Below, piece after piece: positions 10,431-21,183 of a stretch of 64,000 bases of DNA. A program made the position numbers and the translations under genes. This DNA comes from an uncultured Legionellales bacterium. GTDB lineage: Bacteria; Pseudomonadota; Gammaproteobacteria; Eutrophobiales; Eutrophobiaceae. The stretch is from NCBI GenBank assembly GCA_913046215.1, contig CAJWRJ010000004.1, positions 2,898-66,897 on the forward strand. Reading direction: 5' to 3'. The notes under the pieces were generated by a model. That model was given only the letters and a program-made list of their open reading frames with translations. It did no database searches and was not told the origin of the DNA. Every line of letters starts with the position of its first letter. The stretch's first letter is position 1.

Positions 10431-12080
10431 ATGTACACGCGATTTTTCTTAATTCTTTCTCTTTTTACTACATTTAGTATTTATGCTGGTAATAACCAGC
10501 ATGCAAACACAAACAATATAAATATCACTGCCGTGATTATGTTTCTTATTTTTATATCAATAACTCTTGCTATTACTTATTGGGCAGCAAAAAAGACACG
10601 ATCTGCAAGTGATTTCTATACAGCTGGCGGAAGCATTAGTGGTTTTCAAAATGGTCTGGCAATAGCTGGTGATTATATGTCAGCAGCATCTTTCTTAGGT
10701 ATTTCAGGATTAGTTTTTGCAAGTGGGTTTGATGGATTAATTTATTCAATTGGTTTTTTAGTCGGTTGGCCTGTTATTTTATTTTTATTAGCTGAGCGAT
10801 TGAGAAATCTTGGCAAATATACATTTACAGACGCAGTATCATTTCGCTTAAAAAACTTACCAATACGTTCGTTAGCTGCTTGCGGAACACTTGCAGTTGT
10901 AATCTTGTATTTAATTGCTCAAATGGTTGGAGCTGGTAAATTAATACAAATTTTATTTGGTCTGCCATACTCTATGGCTGTCTCTATTGTCGGATTATTA
11001 ATGATTTGTTATGTCACATTCGGAGGTATGTTAGCAACCACTTGGGTTCAAACAATCAAAGCAATATTATTGTTATTTGGTGCAACTATTTTAGCTCTTG
11101 CAGTTTTAAATGAATTTGATTTTTCTTTTAATTTATTATTTAAAGAAGCAATCTCAAGTCACCATTTAGGAGAATCAATTATGTCGCCTGGTGGTTTGAT
11201 AAGTGATCCAGTGTCGGCTATATCGCTAGGGCTAGCGCTAATGTTTGGTACAGCTGGTTTACCGCACATCTTAATGCGTTTTTTTACGGTAAAAAATGCT
11301 AAGCAAGCACGAAGTTCTGTATTTTATGCAACAAGTTTTATTGGTTATTTCTATATTCTCACATTCGTCATTGGGTTTGGTGCAATTGTGCTACTTACAA
11401 ATAATAGCTCTTTTCTTGATGATGTTGGAAATATACTTGGAGGCAATAATATGGCTGCTGTCCACCTCTCAAAAGCAGTTGGAGGCGACATATTTCTTGG
11501 TTTTATTTCTGCAGTAGCATTCGCAACAATATTAGCAGTAGTATCCGGATTGACTCTAGCAGGTGCCTCTGCTATTTCACACGATCTTTATGCTAGTCTT
11601 TTTTGTAGCGGCAAGGCGCAAGAGAAAAAAGAGGTGATGGTTTCAAAAATCAGTACTGTAATACTAGGTTTAGCAGCTATTCTTTTGGGCATATTATTTG
11701 AAAAACAAAATGTCGCCTATATGGTAGGGCTCGCTTTTGCAATCGCAGCAAGTGTTAATTTTCCAATACTATTTTTTTCTATGTACTGGTCAAAGCTTAC
11801 AACAAAAGGTGCTTTTTTTGGTGGTGCGGCTGGATTAATAACTGCGATATTATGTGTTTTATTTGGGCCTATTGTTTGGGTTGATATTCTTGGGAATGCA
11901 AATGCAATTTTTCCCTACAAGTATCCAGCATTATTTTCTATGAGTATTGCATTTATCGCTATAATAATAGTTTCATATTTAGATAAAAGTGAACAAGCAA
12001 AAAAAGAAATTAAGGCTTTTGATAACCAATTTGTTCGTGCACAAACAGGAATTGGCGCCGACGGGCCAGTTGAACACTAA
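10431..12080 (+). CDS. actP: Cation/acetate symporter (SSS family)
   Basis: [33 protein letters not shown]-terminal RAQTGIG. Confidence 0.93.
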   Translation: MYTRFFLILSLFTTFSIYAGNNQHANTNNINITAVIMFLIFISITLAITYWAAKKTRSASDFYTAGGSISGFQNGLAIAGDYMSAASFLGISGLVFASGFDGLIYSIGFLVGWPVILFLLAERLRNLGKYTFTDAVSFRLKNLPIRSLAACGTLAVVILYLIAQMVGAGKLIQILFGLPYSMAVSIVGLLMICYVTFGGMLATTWVQTIKAILLLFGATILALAVLNEFDFSFNLLFKEAISSHHLGESIMSPGGLISDPVSAISLGLALMFGTAGLPHILMRFFTVKNAKQARSSVFYATSFIGYFYILTFVIGFGAIVLLTNNSSFLDDVGNILGGNNMAAVHLSKAVGGDIFLGFISAVAFATILAVVSGLTLAGASAISHDLYASLFCSGKAQEKKEVMVSKISTVILGLAAILLGILFEKQNVAYMVGLAFAIAASVNFPILFFSMYWSKLTTKGAFFGGAAGLITAILCVLFGPIVWVDILGNANAIFPYKYPALFSMSIAFIAIIIVSYLDKSEQAKKEIKAFDNQFVRAQTGIGADGPVEH

Positions 12081-12112
12081 ATTGTAAGTATTTATTTTAA
12101 AAGGTATGGATT

Positions 12113-12868
12113 ATGAAAGAAAAAAATAATTTTGCTGAGCGTATACGCACAAATGAACTTCTGATAGGTACATTAGTTAGCTTACCGTCACCTGAAGTTT
12201 GTGAATTACTTGCTAATATCGGCTATGACTGGTTATTTATAGATGCGGAGCATGGTGCATTTAATCCACAACAAGCACAAACAATGTTACAAGCAGCCTC
12301 GCCTATACCATGTTTAATACGAGTGCCATCTGATGAGACAGTCTGGATAAAAAAAGCACTCGATATCGGAGCAGAAGGTGTAATTGTTCCTCAAGTACAT
12401 AATGAGGTGCAAGCTAAGAGAATTATTGCTGATTGTAAATATTCTCCAGTTGGCGAGAGGGGAATTGGTATTGGACGTGCACATAAATATGGGATTGAAT
12501 TTGAACGCTATCTAAAAAATGCAAACACTGAAACTGCAATTATATTACAAGCTGAAAGTAGCGAAGCAGCTAAAAATATCGAAAAGATAGTTGCAGTAGA
12601 GGGAGTTGATGCGATTTTGATAGGGCCTTATGATCTATCTGCTAGCTTAGGCAAACCTGGGGAAATAAATCATCCTGTGGTTCAATCTGCTATAGAAAGA
12701 ATTATTGATGCTTGCCAAGCAGCAACAATAAGTATGGGTATATTTGGTATTAATGCTGAAGCCGTATTACCTTATAAAGAAAAAGGATTTAATTTATTAG
12801 CGGTTGGTATTGATACGGCATTTCTAATTAGCTCTGCTAAAGATACACTCATTAAGATGAAAGACTAA
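12113..12868 (+). CDS. HpcH/HpaI family aldolase
   Basis: WLFIDAEHG, KKALDIGAEGVIVP, IGPYDLSASLG. Confidence 0.88.
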   Translation: MKEKNNFAERIRTNELLIGTLVSLPSPEVCELLANIGYDWLFIDAEHGAFNPQQAQTMLQAASPIPCLIRVPSDETVWIKKALDIGAEGVIVPQVHNEVQAKRIIADCKYSPVGERGIGIGRAHKYGIEFERYLKNANTETAIILQAESSEAAKNIEKIVAVEGVDAILIGPYDLSASLGKPGEINHPVVQSAIERIIDACQAATISMGIFGINAEAVLPYKEKGFNLLAVGIDTAFLISSAKDTLIKMKD

Positions 12869-14406
12869 TATAATTCAATATTACTAAATATCTTTTTTGA
12901 ACGTTCAATTATTTCATTTTGTATATTCTTTTCTTTGTTATCCCAATTTTTAACCTGCATGCTTAGTCTTGGATTATTTTTTAACAAGTTTTTGTTTTTG
13001 TAAACGAAATGCCAGTAAAGAGTTGTAAAAGGACATGCTTTATCTCCTATCGCACTTTTTGCATCATAGTGACAACCTTTGCAATAGTTAGACATGCGAT
13101 TTATATATGCCCCACTCGCTATGTATGGTTTAGAGCCCACGATACCACCATCAGCATATTGACTCATTCCAATAGTATTCGGTACTTCAACCCATGCAAC
13201 TGCATCAACAAACATAGACAAATACCATTCATGAATTTCAGATGGTTTTACTCCATACAATAAAGAAAAAAGTCCAGTGACCATGAGCCTTTGAATATGA
13301 TGACCATAACCATATTCAATAACTTGATTTATTGACTCACTCATGCATTGCATTTTTGTTTTACCAGTCCAATAGAAATCTGGCAATGTGCGTTTTGCCT
13401 TTAAATTATTTCTGCTCATCCAAATATCAGAATGAAGCCAGTAGAGGCCGTGAATATATTCTCTCCAACCAATAATTTGACGAATAAATCCCTCTGCAGC
13501 ATTAAGAGGAATCTTCTTTTTATGATAGGCTTGCTCGACTGCTTTTATAACTTCTTCTGGATTGAGGAGTTTAAGATTCAAAGAAGATGATATGAGTGAA
13601 TGATATAACCAAGGTTTTCCCGTCCACATAGCATCCTGGTAGTCGCCATATAAATTCAAACGATACTTGATGAAATCTTGCAAAACTTTAAGTGCTTGTT
13701 CTCTAGTAACAGCCCAATAAAATTTTGATGCATGGCCCGGTAAATTAGGTAATTTTTTCTCTATATCCGATATTACTTTTTTTGTAATTTTATCAGGCTT
13801 AAACTTAAGAGGCTCTCTTGTTAATTGGGGACCAGACTTATTGAAGGACTTTCGATTAGAAAGATCAAAATTCCACTTACCTCCAATAGGCTTACCATTA
13901 TCTTCAAGTAAAACTTTTCTGGACTTTCTTATATAACGATACCAATACTCCATTCTTGGTTGTTTATATTTTTTTATCCAATCATTAAATTCATTTTTTC
14001 TTGCTATAAAATTTATTTCTTCTAACCAATTAATTTTTTTTTCTTTTTTTTTAAAAAAATTATTTAATAATTCATAAACTCTAAAATCTCCAGGAATTAC
14101 ACATGTAAAATACTCTATGTCGTAATTGACCATAGTTTCTTCAAGAGCTGCAATAAAATCTTTCCTACCATCATTAATTTCTATATATTCTACTGTTATT
14201 TTTTTTTGTCTAAGTTCTTCGCAGAAATGGCGCATTGCAGAGAAGAAAATCGCTGTTCTTTGCATGCTAGATTGAGGTTTTAATGACTCAGACATGACTT
14301 CACCCATCCAAACTATGTCGCTTTTTGAATCAAAGTGAGACCAAATTAGACTATTATGACTAAGTTGATCTCCAAGAACGATGCAGAGACTCCTAATCTT
14401 ATTCAT
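12865..14406 (-). CDS. FeS-BCP class cryptochrome/(6-4) photolyase (PhrB/CryB-like)
   Basis: VLGDQL N-terminus, [47 protein letters not shown] and CPF; four Cys positioned for a 4Fe-4S cluster. Confidence 0.92.
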   Translation of the reverse strand: MNKIRSLCIVLGDQLSHNSLIWSHFDSKSDIVWMGEVMSESLKPQSSMQRTAIFFSAMRHFCEELRQKKITVEYIEINDGRKDFIAALEETMVNYDIEYFTCVIPGDFRVYELLNNFFKKKEKKINWLEEINFIARKNEFNDWIKKYKQPRMEYWYRYIRKSRKVLLEDNGKPIGGKWNFDLSNRKSFNKSGPQLTREPLKFKPDKITKKVISDIEKKLPNLPGHASKFYWAVTREQALKVLQDFIKYRLNLYGDYQDAMWTGKPWLYHSLISSSLNLKLLNPEEVIKAVEQAYHKKKIPLNAAEGFIRQIIGWREYIHGLYWLHSDIWMSRNNLKAKRTLPDFYWTGKTKMQCMSESINQVIEYGYGHHIQRLMVTGLFSLLYGVKPSEIHEWYLSMFVDAVAWVEVPNTIGMSQYADGGIVGSKPYIASGAYINRMSNYCKGCHYDAKSAIGDKACPFTTLYWHFVYKNKNLLKNNPRLSMQVKNWDNKEKNIQNEIIERSKKIFSNIELY

Positions 14407-14548
14407 TAATTATCTCGCCATATTTTTTTCGACATCTTTTTGAACAATAGATTACATGGTCCCAATCTCTTTCCCATTTTTTTCTCCATAAAAAAAATTT
14501 ATTGCATACGGGACATATTTTTTTTGGAAGATTTTGTTTTTTTTGCAT
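14399..14548 (-). CDS. DUF2256 small Cys-rich protein (49 aa, not in the ORF track)
   Basis: Manual translation [49 protein letters not shown]; its 3' end overlaps the photolyase start. Confidence 0.88.
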   Translation of the reverse strand: MQKKQNLPKKICPVCNKFFLWRKKWERDWDHVIYCSKRCRKKYGEIINE

Positions 14549-14564
14549 TTAAATTTATATTCCT

Positions 14565-15605
14565 TTATTGGTCCTGCTTGCTAAACAAGTAATGACTAAC
14601 CCACCATTGATTGCCATTATCAAAACCGAATAATTCAGCACACGCCATAAAGAAAATACGCCATCTATTCCACCATATTCTGATATTTTGTTCTCCGTAT
14701 GTATCTTTAATTATAGGTAAGATGATTTCTTTTTTTGAATCCATATTATAAAGCCACTCATTTGAAGTTTTTTGGTAATGAGTTCCTGACCAACGCCAAT
14801 GATTATCTAGCTTAAGTTTTTCCTGAAAATAATAAGGAAGATTATCAGATGGCATTATCCCTGCTGTAAAAAAATATTGGCTCATCCAATCAGAATCATC
14901 ATCAATAATAAACTCATAGGGTGTAAGTCGATGACAAAAAATATGCTTGAAAAATTTTCCTTCTTGATTTAACCAGCTATGAATTTTTTTATACAACAAC
15001 TGATAATTTCTCATATGCTCAAACATTTCTACTGATACAATGCGATCATATTTTTTATTAGTTTCAAATTTATTCATATCGACTGTTTCGATTTCTATAT
15101 TATTCAAATTTCTTTTTTTTGCCTGCGATATAATATAGTCTCTTTGACTAGCAGAATTTGAAATTCCTAAAATTTTTGAATTAGGATAGTGGCTAGCAAT
15201 CCACAAAGTTAGAGAACCCCAACCGCAACCAAGCTCTAGAACTTCCATTCCATTCTGGAGATCTGCGTGTTGACAAGTAATTGAAAGTGCTAGACTTTCT
15301 GCTTCATCAAGATTGTTTACTTCTTCGTTCCAGTAACATGAACTATATTTTAAATTGTTCCCTAAAACTTCTTTAAAGAATGTGGTGGGTACCTCATAGT
15401 GTTGCTGGTTTGCTATCGCGGGTAAGGGAGCAATTTCTGATGACTGCATCATTTTAACAAAACTTTTTTGTATATATGCGGCCTGTTCTGGATCACTTAT
15501 ACATATTTCTTTAAGTCGCTGGTTAAGAAAAATACGTACCCCTTTTCTAACAAGATAATCGGGAAGTATTCCAAGTTCAGCAAATTTTATAGCAAGCTTT
15601 CTCAT
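14565..15605 (-). CDS. SAM-dependent methyltransferase, CMAS/Cfa-like superfamily
   Basis: ANQQHYEVP, LKYSSCYW, LELGCGWGS, SVEMFEHMRN, FFMACAELFG. Confidence 0.88.
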   Translation of the reverse strand: MRKLAIKFAELGILPDYLVRKGVRIFLNQRLKEICISDPEQAAYIQKSFVKMMQSSEIAPLPAIANQQHYEVPTTFFKEVLGNNLKYSSCYWNEEVNNLDEAESLALSITCQHADLQNGMEVLELGCGWGSLTLWIASHYPNSKILGISNSASQRDYIISQAKKRNLNNIEIETVDMNKFETNKKYDRIVSVEMFEHMRNYQLLYKKIHSWLNQEGKFFKHIFCHRLTPYEFIIDDDSDWMSQYFFTAGIMPSDNLPYYFQEKLKLDNHWRWSGTHYQKTSNEWLYNMDSKKEIILPIIKDTYGEQNIRIWWNRWRIFFMACAELFGFDNGNQWWVSHYLFSKQDQ

Positions 15606-16384
15606 AAACTAGGTTTCTTAGGAGGGAGTAATAAAAAAGCACTAGTTGTGCGCTGATATTCTTTGTAGGAATCTCCTTTTGTTCTAATGGCATTCTGCTC
15701 TGTATAAGGTATACCAGTAATTTTGACCAAGAAAATTAAAACGATGAACATTATTAACCAAGATAGCCACCACAAAGATGAGCCCATGCTTAAAAAAATA
15801 TATGACCACCAGTGAAGCCATTCAAAAAAATAATTTGGATGTCTTGAATAATACCATAAGCCAGTATTACAGACCTTAGAGCTATCATTTGATTTACGAA
15901 ATTTGGTAAGTTGTCTATCAGAAAAGTATTCTCCTGTAATTGAAATGCACCATACAATTATCGCGATATAATCTGTTATCTGTAAATTAATATTTTTATT
16001 ACTAACTACTGCTAGAATAGTTAATGCAAATAAAACTGCCCAAGTAGCCTGAAGCTGAAAAAATATAAACATAACTAATTGAGCATACTTACCACAATAT
16101 TGTTTCATATAATGATATCGCCTATCCTCATTTTCTTTTAAAACACGTTTTAATAGAAAATATGCTAGACGAAATCCCCAAAACCCAATCATGATCGCAG
16201 CAATATAGTTTCTTAAAATAAATATTTCGGTATTCATGTAAACAAAATAAATACCAATCAAAGCAGTGCAAAACGCCCAGCTGACATCAACAAACCCAGC
16301 ATTATCAGTCTTATACTGAATTGCCCATACAACAAACATAACTAATGAAGCAAAAATTAGAGAATTGGTTATTTGAATTAACAT
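15602..16384 (-). CDS. DUF1295 membrane protein (steroid 5-alpha reductase-like)
   Basis: VDVSW, EDRRY, GLWYYSRHPNYFFE, YQRTTSAF. Confidence 0.88.
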   Translation of the reverse strand: MLIQITNSLIFASLVMFVVWAIQYKTDNAGFVDVSWAFCTALIGIYFVYMNTEIFILRNYIAAIMIGFWGFRLAYFLLKRVLKENEDRRYHYMKQYCGKYAQLVMFIFFQLQATWAVLFALTILAVVSNKNINLQITDYIAIIVWCISITGEYFSDRQLTKFRKSNDSSKVCNTGLWYYSRHPNYFFEWLHWWSYIFLSMGSSLWWLSWLIMFIVLIFLVKITGIPYTEQNAIRTKGDSYKEYQRTTSAFLLLPPKKPSL

Positions 16385-16914
16385 AAATTATTACCATATT
16401 TTTTTTCTATACAATTGAGCACATATAGCATGAACGGAAAAGCAAGCGCCCATGATATTCCAATGGCTATGATACTAGATATTTCATTAATGCCATTAAT
16501 AGCGCCAATTTTTTGACCTGCAAAATAGGCCAATGGTCCGCCAATAAATGCAAAAAAAACTGCAAAAATATATTTTTGTTTCAACCAGTTCATACTATGA
16601 CGAAATGTTGTAGAAAAACTGACCCATAGTGCGACCATCCACAATGGTGATAATGGCCCAAGCTGAGCATGGGTCGGGAATTCAATGAAATTATTAAGTA
16701 GAAGCAATGAATCAACTAAGTAGCCAATCAAACCACTGAAAAAAAATATAGGTAATTCAACCCAAATAAATAATTTATTAATATACAAATGAATAGTCAC
16801 CCAAACAAAAATAAATATAGGACCTAGCCATGGATAGCCTTTTGCTGCACTAAAAACAGCAATTACCCAATTTATTTGAAAAACTAAAAAGTTAATAATG
16901 TTATTTCTATTCAT
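16378..16914 (-). CDS. DUF2878 membrane protein
   Basis: NFLVFQINW, PLWMVALW, GGPLAYFAG; typical position in this cluster. Confidence 0.82.
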   Translation of the reverse strand: MNRNNIINFLVFQINWVIAVFSAAKGYPWLGPIFIFVWVTIHLYINKLFIWVELPIFFFSGLIGYLVDSLLLLNNFIEFPTHAQLGPLSPLWMVALWVSFSTTFRHSMNWLKQKYIFAVFFAFIGGPLAYFAGQKIGAINGINEISSIIAIGISWALAFPFMLYVLNCIEKKYGNNLC

Positions 16915-16928
16915 TATTTTTTTAGGGT

Positions 16929-18134
16929 TTAATAAGTGCTAATGTTCGATTTATTCATTAATATTTGTAAATCACCTAAATAACGTTCTTGAAAACCAGC
17001 TGCACAATAAGATAAATAATATTTCCATAAACGACAAAAATTTTCATCATATCCAAGTTTTCTTATCTGAGATTCATTTTTATTGAAATTTTGTAGCCAA
17101 TATAAAAGAGTTTTAGAATAATGCGGTGCAATATCTTCAATATCATATATTGTAAAATTCGTATGTTTTTTTAGTGAATTCTTTATTGCAGCTAATGAAG
17201 GAATACAACTACCAGGAAAGATATATGTTTGTATAAAATCGGTATTTTTTAGATATTGCGGATAACGATCATCTGGCATGGTAATCGACTGCAATAACAT
17301 TTGTCCTTTAGATTTCAAAAGCTTTGAGCAAGTAGAAAAAAATGTACCCAGAAACTTATCCCCAACCGCTTCGATCATTTCAATAGAAACAATTTTATCG
17401 TAATTACCAGACAAACTACGATAATCCTTATTTAGAAGATTGATTTTTTTATTTAAGTTTAATTTAGAAAAACGTTGATTCATATATTGATACTGCTCCT
17501 CAGAAATAGTAGTCGTTGTGACTTCACAACCATAATTTTGAGCAGCATGTATTGCAAAACTTCCCCATCCACCACCAATTTCAAGAACATGATCTGTTTC
17601 ATTCAAATTAAGCTTTTTGCAAATAAGATCGAGTTTATTGATTGACGCTTCTTTTAATGATGAATTCCTTGATTCGAAAATTGCAGAGGAATATGTCATT
17701 GTGTCATCTAAGAATAGTTTGAAAAAATCATTTCCAAGGTCGTAATGTGCTTGAATATTTTTCTTACTTCCCAATTTTGAATTACTACTAAAGAAATGTA
17801 CTAGACGATTTTTTAGAATGCCAAATTTTAGAGATCCGGTTTCAAATGTATCGATTAGCTTAATGTTCTTAACAAATCCTCTAAATAATTCATATAGATC
17901 GTCACATTCCCAAAAACCTCTAATATAGGCATTGGCAATTCCATTACTACCGCTTGAGAATAACATTAAATAAAAGTCAGGATTTATAATTTTAACATTT
18001 ATAGATTTATCTCCATTACCAATTATCCAATTACCCCATAAATCAGTAAAATTTATTTTGTAATATGAAAATGGTTTAAATTTAGTTATTAATTTATTAC
18101 GTATCTTTAGATTAATTATTTTTTTTATATTCAT
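16929..18134 (-). CDS. cfa: Cyclopropane-fatty-acyl-phospholipid synthase family methyltransferase (UfaM/CfaS-like)
   Basis: NIQAHYDLGNDFF, MTYSSA, LEIGGGWG, SIEMIEAVG, YIFPG, YYLSYCAAGF. Confidence 0.88.
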   Translation of the reverse strand: MNIKKIINLKIRNKLITKFKPFSYYKINFTDLWGNWIIGNGDKSINVKIINPDFYLMLFSSGSNGIANAYIRGFWECDDLYELFRGFVKNIKLIDTFETGSLKFGILKNRLVHFFSSNSKLGSKKNIQAHYDLGNDFFKLFLDDTMTYSSAIFESRNSSLKEASINKLDLICKKLNLNETDHVLEIGGGWGSFAIHAAQNYGCEVTTTTISEEQYQYMNQRFSKLNLNKKINLLNKDYRSLSGNYDKIVSIEMIEAVGDKFLGTFFSTCSKLLKSKGQMLLQSITMPDDRYPQYLKNTDFIQTYIFPGSCIPSLAAIKNSLKKHTNFTIYDIEDIAPHYSKTLLYWLQNFNKNESQIRKLGYDENFCRLWKYYLSYCAAGFQERYLGDLQILMNKSNISTY

Positions 18135-18144
18135 ACAAAATTAA

Positions 18145-18885
18145 TTATAATTTATGTTTAGGATGGGGATGAAATGGTATGCCTTTAAACCAAAGTTTAA
18201 ATGCCTGCCAATAGATAGCAAATATTACTTTCACTGTAATGAAAGGATAACTAAACAGAACTATCATAAGACTTTTTGATGTTATATTTTCTTTGCAAAG
18301 CTTAAGTGTAGCTGTTAGTAAGTGTTTATCATTTTCGTAACTTTTCATCAAGACAGTAATTTCATCATTAGGTTTATTGAATTTCCAAATATATTCTTGC
18401 TGCATTCCCATAAAGGGAGATACATGAAACTTTTTCTCTAAATCGAATTTTAAGCTTTCACCTTTTGTATCTAGTACATAAGAGTATTGCTCGCCCCATG
18501 GCGTATTATTTATTTCAACGACTATGTAATCAATGTTTTCATAGTGTTCGTCCCAACAATAATAGAAACTAACAGGATTCATGACATAACCAAAATATCT
18601 AAGATGTGTTAACAAAGTTATTGGTCCATTAAAATCGACACCGTGCATCTTCTTAATTAGCTGTTTAATAGAGAGTGAAAGTGAATTCTTTGGATTTCCA
18701 TGATGATCTTTCCTATTAAACCAAGCTAAATTAAATCTTTTTGATGACCAGAATAAAAAATTATTGAATATACTTGGTAACTCCTCTAAATCTAAATACA
18801 TCATGAAAATATTATAGGAAAACCTATGTTCTTTTGGCTGTTTTCGATGATGACTTACTTCTCCTTTATATATTGCGCTTTGCAT
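18145..18885 (-). CDS. DUF1365 protein (UfaO-like)
   Basis: HHRKQPKEHRFSY, GYVMNPVSFYYC, EINNTPWGE, KKFHVSPF, IYWQA. Confidence 0.9.
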   Translation of the reverse strand: MQSAIYKGEVSHHRKQPKEHRFSYNIFMMYLDLEELPSIFNNFLFWSSKRFNLAWFNRKDHHGNPKNSLSLSIKQLIKKMHGVDFNGPITLLTHLRYFGYVMNPVSFYYCWDEHYENIDYIVVEINNTPWGEQYSYVLDTKGESLKFDLEKKFHVSPFMGMQQEYIWKFNKPNDEITVLMKSYENDKHLLTATLKLCKENITSKSLMIVLFSYPFITVKVIFAIYWQAFKLWFKGIPFHPHPKHKL

Positions 18886-20135
18886 TAGATTAGCCCTAAA
18901 TTATAACCTTCGCATACCCTAAGAGCACTGTTTACGCCATCCTCATGAAAGCCATAACCCCAATATGCACCACAGTAGGACAATCTATCATTTCTAATTA
19001 ACGATCTATGTTGCGCTTGATACTCAGAAATCCCAGGAAAGAATATTGGATGCTCATATTTGAATTCTTTTATGATTTTTTTTCGATTAATTTTTGAATT
19101 TAGATTTAAAGATACACAATATGTTCTATTAGAATCTATATTTTGTAATTTATTCATATAATATGTAATCATTACTTTTCTCTCATCATTTACTGGAATG
19201 CGATAATTCCAGCTAGCCCAAATTGCTTTATTGCTTGGTAAAACCGAATTATCAGTATGCAAAGTAGTTGTGTTTATCTCATATTTAAATGGGCTTAAGA
19301 TTTCTTCCTCTTTAGGATATAAATTATCAACTAATTTTAATGCCTGATTAGCGTGACACGCTAAGATTACTTCATCAAAAGTATTCATTCTATTAACATC
19401 TGTATAGACTAATACTTCATTTTTTTTACGTACAACTTTCTTTACAGATTTTTTTATAATTTCTAAATTATTCATACTTAATAACATTTTCTTGACGTAC
19501 TCCTTAGAGCCGCCTTTAACCGTTTGCCAAATTGGTCTCTCATTTACTGTAAGCATACAATGGTTATATAAAAATTCGATCACAAATAATATTGAAAAAT
19601 CCATAAATTTTTCTTTTGGACATGACCAAATTGATGAGCCCAATGGAACAAGATAGTTTTCAACAAAATCACTTTTATAATTATTAATATCAATAAATTC
19701 TTTAACTGTGATTTTATCCGAATATGAAGTATTAAGAATCATCGGCGAGAATTTATTAAATTTCAATATATCATTTAACATTAATAGAAAATTAATATTA
19801 AAAATATTTTTCTTTTGAGAAAATATTTTTGATAGTGATGACGCGTTATATTCTAATCCTGTTTTTTCATTATGCACACTAAAACTCATATCTGAATCTT
19901 CAATTTCTACATTATTTTCTAAGAATAATTTAGATAAATTGGGATAATTAATATTATTAAATACGATAAACCCAGTATCAATAGGTAACGATCTATACTT
20001 TTCCGGAACCTGAAAAGTATTTGCATGTCCACCTAAATAATCATTTTCCTCATAAAGAGTAACTGAATATTTTTTACTAAGAATGTAGGCAGCTGTGAGT
20101 CCAGAGATACCAGCCCCTATAATTGCGATTTTCAT
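18885..20135 (-). CDS. FAD-dependent oxidoreductase, amine-oxidase fold (UfaD-like)
   Basis: IIGAGISGL, GGHANT, DTGFIVFN-NYP, WASWNY, CGAYWGYGFHEDG. Confidence 0.9.
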   Translation of the reverse strand: MKIAIIGAGISGLTAAYILSKKYSVTLYEENDYLGGHANTFQVPEKYRSLPIDTGFIVFNNINYPNLSKLFLENNVEIEDSDMSFSVHNEKTGLEYNASSLSKIFSQKKNIFNINFLLMLNDILKFNKFSPMILNTSYSDKITVKEFIDINNYKSDFVENYLVPLGSSIWSCPKEKFMDFSILFVIEFLYNHCMLTVNERPIWQTVKGGSKEYVKKMLLSMNNLEIIKKSVKKVVRKKNEVLVYTDVNRMNTFDEVILACHANQALKLVDNLYPKEEEILSPFKYEINTTTLHTDNSVLPSNKAIWASWNYRIPVNDERKVMITYYMNKLQNIDSNRTYCVSLNLNSKINRKKIIKEFKYEHPIFFPGISEYQAQHRSLIRNDRLSYCGAYWGYGFHEDGVNSALRVCEGYNLGLI

Positions 20136-20203
20136 TATTCCTGCCTATTTGTAAAACTTAATAGTAGTGTTGTTGAAAAGTGACTATATTTGAAGCTGTA
20201 TAT

Positions 20204-21142
20204 TTAGATGCGCTTTTGGCTAACAATATTAGGCGGCACTTGTTCTAAATCTTTTATCAAAAAAATTAATTTCATAAACTTTAAAAAAAAATAAGTTAAG
20301 TCAATTTCCCACCAAAAAAAACCCTGTTTAGCCGAACGAGGATATCTATGATGATTGTTATGCCAGCCCTCGCCTAAGGTTAATAAGGCTAAAAAGAAAT
20401 TATTTTTACTATCATCGTTTGTTTCATATCTTTTCTTACCAAAACGATGCGCTAATGAATTAATAGTATAGGTCCCATGATAAAGCATCACTGTTGATAC
20501 AATAAATCCCCAGACAAATAGTTGTATACCAGATGTTTGAACTCCATAATGACTTAATATTGACAACTCGCCAATAACATAACAAAAAACGCCAAATGAC
20601 AAAAATGGAATCCAGTCAATATATTCTAAAATTACTAACTCGGGATAACGTAACCAATCTTTTACACGATGTTTAAGTATTTTAAAGTTTTTAGTCTTAA
20701 GGAACCAAAGCATATGACTATTAAAAAATCCAAATCTTGGAGAATGAGGATCATCAATTGTGTCTGACGTAATATGATGTTCTCTATGGTGACTTGACCA
20801 CCAAATAGGACCTCTCTGTCCAGCAGTACAACCCATTATTGCCATTAAGAACTGAATTACACGACTCGTCTTATATGACCTATGTGAAAAGTATCGATGA
20901 TAAAAAGCAGTGATAAAAAACATTCTCATGAAATAAAGAATTACTGCAAATATAAAAGCAAACCAGCTAAATCCAACCCAGAAGACCGCAAAACAACCAA
21001 AATGAAATGCTATAAAAACTGCTAAGCGGAAGCTATTAATACCGTCACCTGATGAGCTTTCGTTTGAAACATCAATGTTCAAAAGCCAATCAAGAAAAAA
21101 TCTGAAAAATTTTTTATTTTTTCTCAAAATAATAATAACCAA
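20204..21142 (-). CDS. Membrane acyl-CoA/acyl-lipid desaturase (delta-9 type); start codon uncertain
   Basis: His boxes HRYFSH, HHREHH and GEGWHNNHH. Confidence 0.9.
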   Translation of the reverse strand: MVIIILRKNKKFFRFFLDWLLNIDVSNESSSGDGINSFRLAVFIAFHFGCFAVFWVGFSWFAFIFAVILYFMRMFFITAFYHRYFSHRSYKTSRVIQFLMAIMGCTAGQRGPIWWSSHHREHHITSDTIDDPHSPRFGFFNSHMLWFLKTKNFKILKHRVKDWLRYPELVILEYIDWIPFLSFGVFCYVIGELSILSHYGVQTSGIQLFVWGFIVSTVMLYHGTYTINSLAHRFGKKRYETNDDSKNNFFLALLTLGEGWHNNHHRYPRSAKQGFFWWEIDLTYFFLKFMKLIFLIKDLEQVPPNIVSQKRI

Positions 21143-21183
21143 CTAAACGATGAATTTATTTTGCCAATGTCTACTAATTATCT

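Noticed and set aside
14030-14060. Long A/T homopolymers inside the photolyase gene
   Set aside because: The frame is intact and such runs are frequent throughout this AT-rich window.
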